Origin: Desulfurococcaceae archaeon
GTDB taxonomy: Archaea; Thermoproteota; Thermoprotei_A; Sulfolobales; Desulfurococcaceae
DNA: 64,000 bases
Assembly (NCBI GenBank): GCA_038888155.1
Contig: JAWAJB010000003.1
Span: 1 to 64,000 of the forward strand
Direction of reading: 5' to 3'
Shown here piece by piece: positions 59,099 to 64,000 of the stretch (the first letter of the stretch is position 1; the number at the start of each line of letters is the position of its first letter). A program made the position numbers and the translations under genes. The notes under the pieces are model-generated. The model had not been told where the DNA came from, searched no databases, and was given only the letters and a program-made list of their open reading frames with translations.

Positions 59099-61042
59099 GT
59101 GTTTTTAAAGTTGAGAGAAATTTGGCCAAAAGACGTAAAGATATACTGGGATCCTTGGAGAAATATACCCTTAATAAAGCCCAAGCAGGAGGAAATAGAC
59201 CTCCTCTATCAGCTTAGATTGACTGAGCCGGGCGATGCTCGTATAGCTTTTCAGGGCGACTACGAGAAGTTAAAGAACGCCATGAATTTAGAGTTCGGCG
59301 GCAACAGAGTTTACTCCAAGTTAGTTGAGGGGAAGTGCGTGCTGCTGAATAAGGTTCCTCACTGGGATGTCATGTACGAGGTCGTCAGCTCCGGTAACGT
59401 GATCGGCCAGTTATACTATGATCCTTATTTATCTACGTGGCGCTTCAGGCTCACGTATCAGGGGGCCTACATAGCTGTACAGGAAAACCTGGTGGAGACC
59501 GTCGTTGAAGACCAGCCACTGTACTCAGGAAAGGTCTTGGGGTCTAGGAGCAGCGTAAGCGTTAAGCAGGTAGCCATCGTAGACAGGCGGGGCGTAATAA
59601 GGGGTATTGGCGAGGTCTGCGATAGCGGGATTACTGTAATGAGGACTTTTCACGAGCGATCTTTGCCAGTAGAGTGCAGCGGCAAGGCAGCCACACTTGA
59701 CGATGTAGTTAAGCACAACGAAGAGGGCTTAAAGTCCATAGAGGAGAAGTCTATTAATTACTTGAGGAGGCTAAAGCTGAGGTACAGCGGTAAAGCGTCT
59801 ACAGTTGTCTCGTACTCTGGGGGCAAGGACAGCTTAGTCGCGCTAGACTTAGCCCACAGGGCTTTTGGAGAATTAGAGTTGATATTCAACGACACCGGGC
59901 TAGAGCTCCCCGAGACAGTTAACAACGTAGAGAAAGTCGCAGAACACTACGGTTATAAGTTACACACGGCATCCGCAGGCGATACATTTTGGAGAACAAT
60001 TGAGATCTTTGGCCCGCCAGGCAAAGACTACCGTTGGTGCTGCAAAGTAATTAAACTTATCCCAATAGCCAAGCTAGCAAAGTCTGTTTGGCCTACAGGC
60101 GCGTTGAACATTGTAGGACAACGCGCCTATGAATCAATAGATCGAGCGAAGAGCCCCCTAGTGTGGCGAAATAAGTGGATTCCCCACATGGTGAGCACAA
60201 CTCCAATCCAGCACTGGAGTCAACTGGCGTGCTGGCTTTATATCTTCAAGCGCGGTCTCCCGTACAACAGGCTCTACGAGGAAGGGTTCGACAGGCTTGG
60301 GTGCTACCTTTGCCCGTCGTGCGCGCTTGCCGAGTACCAAGACGTTAAGAGGCTCTACCCGGCTCTCTGGAGTAAGTGGAGCGTTGTTCTAGAGGAATGG
60401 AGGAGAAAGCTAGGCATGCCTGATGATTGGCTTAGATTAGGCCTGTGGAGATGGCTAACTCCATCAACTGCGAAAATAAGAATAGCGCGTTGTTTGCCCG
60501 GGTACTCAATGAACTGGAGAGGAGAGTACACTAATAGACTTAAGGGGAGTAGCTTAAATCTCGCCCCCCTTTCAGCTAAGCTCATCAGTGGAGTTCTCGA
60601 AGTAGAGTTCGATAAAGACATACAGCCTAGCGCAGCAGAGAAACTGCTTACAGGAAATGCGCTTAACTTAGGCTTCGAGGTAGTGAGGGAGAGCCCCCCT
60701 GTGCTCAGAAAGGATGGCTACGTTTTCGAGGTTTTAGGCAACACGTTAAGGTTGATCAACCACGATGAGCAGGGGTTTGAGCACTTAGTCGACTTGCTCA
60801 AGTTGGCGTATAGAGTGAGGGGATGCGCCCTGTGCGGCAGTTGCCTGTTGTGGACTAAAAGAGGTTCGGTGAAGCTAACCCCAAGCGGCCCTATTTTGCA
60901 GGGGAAGCTGGACACAGGGGACGCGAGGTTCTTTATTGACGTCTGCCCAATAAGCGATCAACTCGTGGAAAAGGTAGTAGTACCCCTTATTACGGGGGAT
61001 CTTAAGCCGCGTAGAAAGAGAGCTAAGAAGCCGCTAACGTAG
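59099..61042 (+). CDS. PAPS-reductase-family (PP-loop) protein with PUA-like and Fe-S-like domains
   Basis: SYSGGKDS, DTGLELPET, RWCCK, GQRAYES..R, RLGCYLCP, C-terminal CxxCxxC...CP. Confidence 0.85.
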   Translation: MFLKLREIWPKDVKIYWDPWRNIPLIKPKQEEIDLLYQLRLTEPGDARIAFQGDYEKLKNAMNLEFGGNRVYSKLVEGKCVLLNKVPHWDVMYEVVSSGNVIGQLYYDPYLSTWRFRLTYQGAYIAVQENLVETVVEDQPLYSGKVLGSRSSVSVKQVAIVDRRGVIRGIGEVCDSGITVMRTFHERSLPVECSGKAATLDDVVKHNEEGLKSIEEKSINYLRRLKLRYSGKASTVVSYSGGKDSLVALDLAHRAFGELELIFNDTGLELPETVNNVEKVAEHYGYKLHTASAGDTFWRTIEIFGPPGKDYRWCCKVIKLIPIAKLAKSVWPTGALNIVGQRAYESIDRAKSPLVWRNKWIPHMVSTTPIQHWSQLACWLYIFKRGLPYNRLYEEGFDRLGCYLCPSCALAEYQDVKRLYPALWSKWSVVLEEWRRKLGMPDDWLRLGLWRWLTPSTAKIRIARCLPGYSMNWRGEYTNRLKGSSLNLAPLSAKLISGVLEVEFDKDIQPSAAEKLLTGNALNLGFEVVRESPPVLRKDGYVFEVLGNTLRLINHDEQGFEHLVDLLKLAYRVRGCALCGSCLLWTKRGSVKLTPSGPILQGKLDTGDARFFIDVCPISDQLVEKVVVPLITGDLKPRRKRAKKPLT

Positions 61043-61046
61043 CAAC

Positions 61047-63887
61047 TCACTTTTCTCCTTTGTTCCTGTCGAGGTATTTCTTTATCTTCAGGAACCTCTT
61101 CTCGCAGTCATATAGCTCAGCTAGGAGGTCCTTCCCCCTAGAAACATTGTTGATTACCCTAACAGCCTCTTGCGTTCCCACGCCGCGAACAGAGAGAGCT
61201 AGGAGAGCTTTTTGTCCATACCTATAAAGCAGTACTGCTCTTTCGGCGAGATCGTCGCGAAGTCTTTGCTCCTCTGCAGAGAGCTTGCCCCCCCTTATAA
61301 GTTTCCTGACCAGCTCGAGCTCCTTCTCTACATCCCCTTTAACTAGAGTCAAAGTCGCGAAGCCGCACTTAGGGCAGGAGAACTTTTCAATCTTCATTAA
61401 CTCCCTCACTCTATCCGATTTATGGTAGCCGCACTTAAGGCACAGCAGGTTGGCTTTTCGACTTAATAACCTCTCGAAGAAATCGCTGATATTAGCGCTA
61501 CCGAGCTCTTTTACGAGCGGGAGCTCTATGTAGCCGAGCAAAGCTGTGTGATGCTCGCCCAACTCGCTGTACACCCTCTGCTCAACTCTTACTTCGCCTT
61601 CAGCAACTCTATTGGCTAGATCGGCAAAGTAGTCTATGTCGTAGTCTTTTACTAGAACCTCCTTTAGAGCCTCCTTACCAATCACTGTCTCTGTAAAAGC
61701 CTCAAGGAGCCTCTTGGTCACTTTTGTGGTCTCAGGGGAAATGGCTCCAAACCTCTGCGCCACTTGGTATATTCGCCAGAGGTATAGAGAGCTTTCCTTG
61801 GCAACTCTCTCTATGTACGTTTGATTGGCGTACTTTCTGATCTCCTTAATGGCTGTGTACACTGTCCTGTGTATATCGCCCTCTAAGCTCCCCGCTGCAA
61901 CCCGATCCTCCAATTGGAGGGCAATAGCGTATGGCGATGAATACGCATTTAATTTAACAAATGGGTACTTGCTTTTAACGTTGTACTTGACTATATCTCT
62001 TAAAATTGCGTTGACCTTGTTGCCGCCGTAAACATTTATAATTATTAATCCGTGGTTTTTGATAGCGTCCACGTATATGTTCTTATCATCTCCTAGCCCC
62101 CTGAGAGCTAGGAGGTCGTTACTCGTAGTGGCGGGAACGCTCAGCATGCTCTTAAAGTCAGCTGGTAAATCGCCCGTTTCCTTAATTGCCCTTACGGCCC
62201 TGCCCACTTCTTGGGCAGTGGAGTAGTCAACTGGGATGTTCTCTCCCTCCCAGTGCGGAATGATAACCTCATCGGGCATGACCTTAGCGCGCTCCACGTA
62301 CAGCTTAGCCTCTTTCTCATCGTAGCTAATTACCCTCCACGGACTTCCAGCTAGGACTATTACGTCGCCCGCGTTCACGTTGATAACTACGTACTCTTCA
62401 TCTAGCGCGCCAACTTTCCGATTAGACCCAGCTTCAATTACGATGACATCTCTGCTCGAGGGTATCATCGATGTCCTGTACAGGTAAAGCCTTGTCTTTC
62501 TCGTAGGCAGAAGAACGTTTTCTCTCACTTGAACTACGTGAGTGTATGCAAGGTAGTTAACAACGTCTTGGAACTCTTCGCGCGAGATCCCGCGGTACAG
62601 CGGATGCCTTGAAATCATGCTGTAAAGCTCGGTAATGGGCACGCCGCTTGAATTAAGGGCTACAAATAGGGCTACGGTGTATGCGAGGACGTCCAGAGGC
62701 TTGTAGATTACGGTCTCCCTCTCTATGAGCCCCCTTTGAGCCCTCTGCGCTAAAACACAGCACTCAAGCAAATGAAGCGCGTTATTAGTCGCAATTATAA
62801 CGCCCTTGCTTACATCCCCCAGCCTATGTCTGCTTCTACCTACGCGCTGGACTAGCCTAGTTGCCTGCCTTGGGGACATGTACTGTATGACGTACTCCAC
62901 GTGCCCTATATCTATTCCGAGCTCTAGGCTTGAAGTAGCTACCAGCATATTGAGCCCGCGCTCCTTGAACTCTCTCTCAACATCCTCTCTGTGTTGCCTT
63001 GAGAGGCTACCGTGGTGAACTTCAAGCGATATGTTCAGCCCAAGCTCTTTGGAGATTTTCTTCAGGAGGGACCCCAAGCTCTCTACAAGCGTTCTCGTGT
63101 TAGTGAAGAGCAGCACGTACTTGTAGTCTATAGCCTTGCTAAAGATCTCTGCCAGCCTCGCAGAGAGCCTCTCATCATCTACGAGCTCGGCAATTTTGCG
63201 GCAGAGCTCGCTTTTGCACTCTGGCACTACTATTTGCAGTTCGAGCTTTCTCTGGTCTTGATCCCTTAAGACAACGGATGACTCCCCCTCGCGTGGCGTG
63301 AGGATCTCTAGGGCAACTCTCTCGTCTTGGATTGTTGCTGTTAGGCCTATTTTAATGGGGGATTTTTTGAGGAGAGCCTCTAGCAAATAAATGGAAGTGA
63401 ACAAAAGCAGACCCCTTTTGCTCTCTATTAAGTCGCGGTACTCATCCACTATAATGTACTCCAAGTTCTTCAAGTGCTGTCGTACCTCTTCGTTTAACAG
63501 GATGTAGTTAAACGTCTCTGGAGTCGTTATCAAGATGTGGGGAGGCTCCTTTGAGATAGCCCTCCTAATAGAGGCAGGCGTGTCGCCGTGTCTAACGCCT
63601 ATATCCAAGTTGAAGCACTTGCCAATCCTCTTAAGCCTTCTCTCAATATCTCTATTGAGTGCTCTAAGCGGTGTTATGTATATCCCCACTATTGGTCTCT
63701 TGCCCTCTGAGGTAGCCTTGAGCATTACTGGCAGGACGGCAGCCTCTGTTTTACCGCTCCCCGTCGGCGCTATGATGATCAAAGAGTGATCTCCACGGGT
63801 AATCTCCGCGAGGCTCTTCACTTGAACTTCTGTTAGCTGCTGGTACCCTAGCTCTTTAAGGCACTGGGCAATCTCGTTTAGCTTCAT
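61047..63887 (-). CDS. Lhr-family DEAD/DEAH-box helicase
   Basis: APTGSGKT, TPLRALNRD, TTPE, HHGSLS, SLELGIDIG, QRVGRS.H, C-terminal CxxC/CxxC. Confidence 0.93.
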   Translation of the reverse strand: MKLNEIAQCLKELGYQQLTEVQVKSLAEITRGDHSLIIIAPTGSGKTEAAVLPVMLKATSEGKRPIVGIYITPLRALNRDIERRLKRIGKCFNLDIGVRHGDTPASIRRAISKEPPHILITTPETFNYILLNEEVRQHLKNLEYIIVDEYRDLIESKRGLLLFTSIYLLEALLKKSPIKIGLTATIQDERVALEILTPREGESSVVLRDQDQRKLELQIVVPECKSELCRKIAELVDDERLSARLAEIFSKAIDYKYVLLFTNTRTLVESLGSLLKKISKELGLNISLEVHHGSLSRQHREDVEREFKERGLNMLVATSSLELGIDIGHVEYVIQYMSPRQATRLVQRVGRSRHRLGDVSKGVIIATNNALHLLECCVLAQRAQRGLIERETVIYKPLDVLAYTVALFVALNSSGVPITELYSMISRHPLYRGISREEFQDVVNYLAYTHVVQVRENVLLPTRKTRLYLYRTSMIPSSRDVIVIEAGSNRKVGALDEEYVVINVNAGDVIVLAGSPWRVISYDEKEAKLYVERAKVMPDEVIIPHWEGENIPVDYSTAQEVGRAVRAIKETGDLPADFKSMLSVPATTSNDLLALRGLGDDKNIYVDAIKNHGLIIINVYGGNKVNAILRDIVKYNVKSKYPFVKLNAYSSPYAIALQLEDRVAAGSLEGDIHRTVYTAIKEIRKYANQTYIERVAKESSLYLWRIYQVAQRFGAISPETTKVTKRLLEAFTETVIGKEALKEVLVKDYDIDYFADLANRVAEGEVRVEQRVYSELGEHHTALLGYIELPLVKELGSANISDFFERLLSRKANLLCLKCGYHKSDRVRELMKIEKFSCPKCGFATLTLVKGDVEKELELVRKLIRGGKLSAEEQRLRDDLAERAVLLYRYGQKALLALSVRGVGTQEAVRVINNVSRGKDLLAELYDCEKRFLKIKKYLDRNKGEK

Positions 63888-64000
63888 GGTTGCTCTAAGC
63901 CGAGAGTATAGTTAGGTTTAATTTATTATAAAGGCTCTAAACCTCCTGTGGCTTGCAGGGCTGAGAGCAGACTAAGCCCTTTAATCAATTTTTGATTTGC

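Overview
A 64-kb chromosomal segment from a hyperthermophilic crenarchaeon. The gene set (Rpo8, SmAP3, an intron-containing cbf5, form III RuBisCO, bifunctional FBP aldolase/phosphatase) suggests Desulfurococcales; this taxonomy is inferred. Most of it is housekeeping: the uL3-to-secY-cbf5 ribosomal superoperon (about 40.7-58.8 kb), proteasome, tRNA-modification and carbon-metabolism genes, and six tRNAs. There are two accessory regions. (1) About 0.6-7.2 kb, downstream of tRNA-Arg: a degenerate copy of the tRNA 3' half, a VapBC module, an orphan frameshifted cas6, and a photolyase / DUF523-DUF1722 / UvsE light-repair cluster in which uvsE has two in-frame TGA stops. (2) About 31.8-40.6 kb, ending at tRNA-Ser: a candidate TasA/AbpA-type (SipW-processed) fibre operon whose large membrane protein carries an internal copy of the pilin N-terminal motif. 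This operon lies head-to-head with a TFB-repeat-like protein and a two-domain KaiC-like ATPase, and is the best candidate for an undescribed system. Missed by the ORF track: a 22-nt BHB intron splitting the catalytic Asp codon of cbf5, uS14, a 44-aa Glu/Trp microprotein, a 37-aa ORF heading the ribosomal operon, a C/D-box sRNA, and a possible ~160-nt structured RNA. All assignments come from motif recognition by eye; no searches were run.
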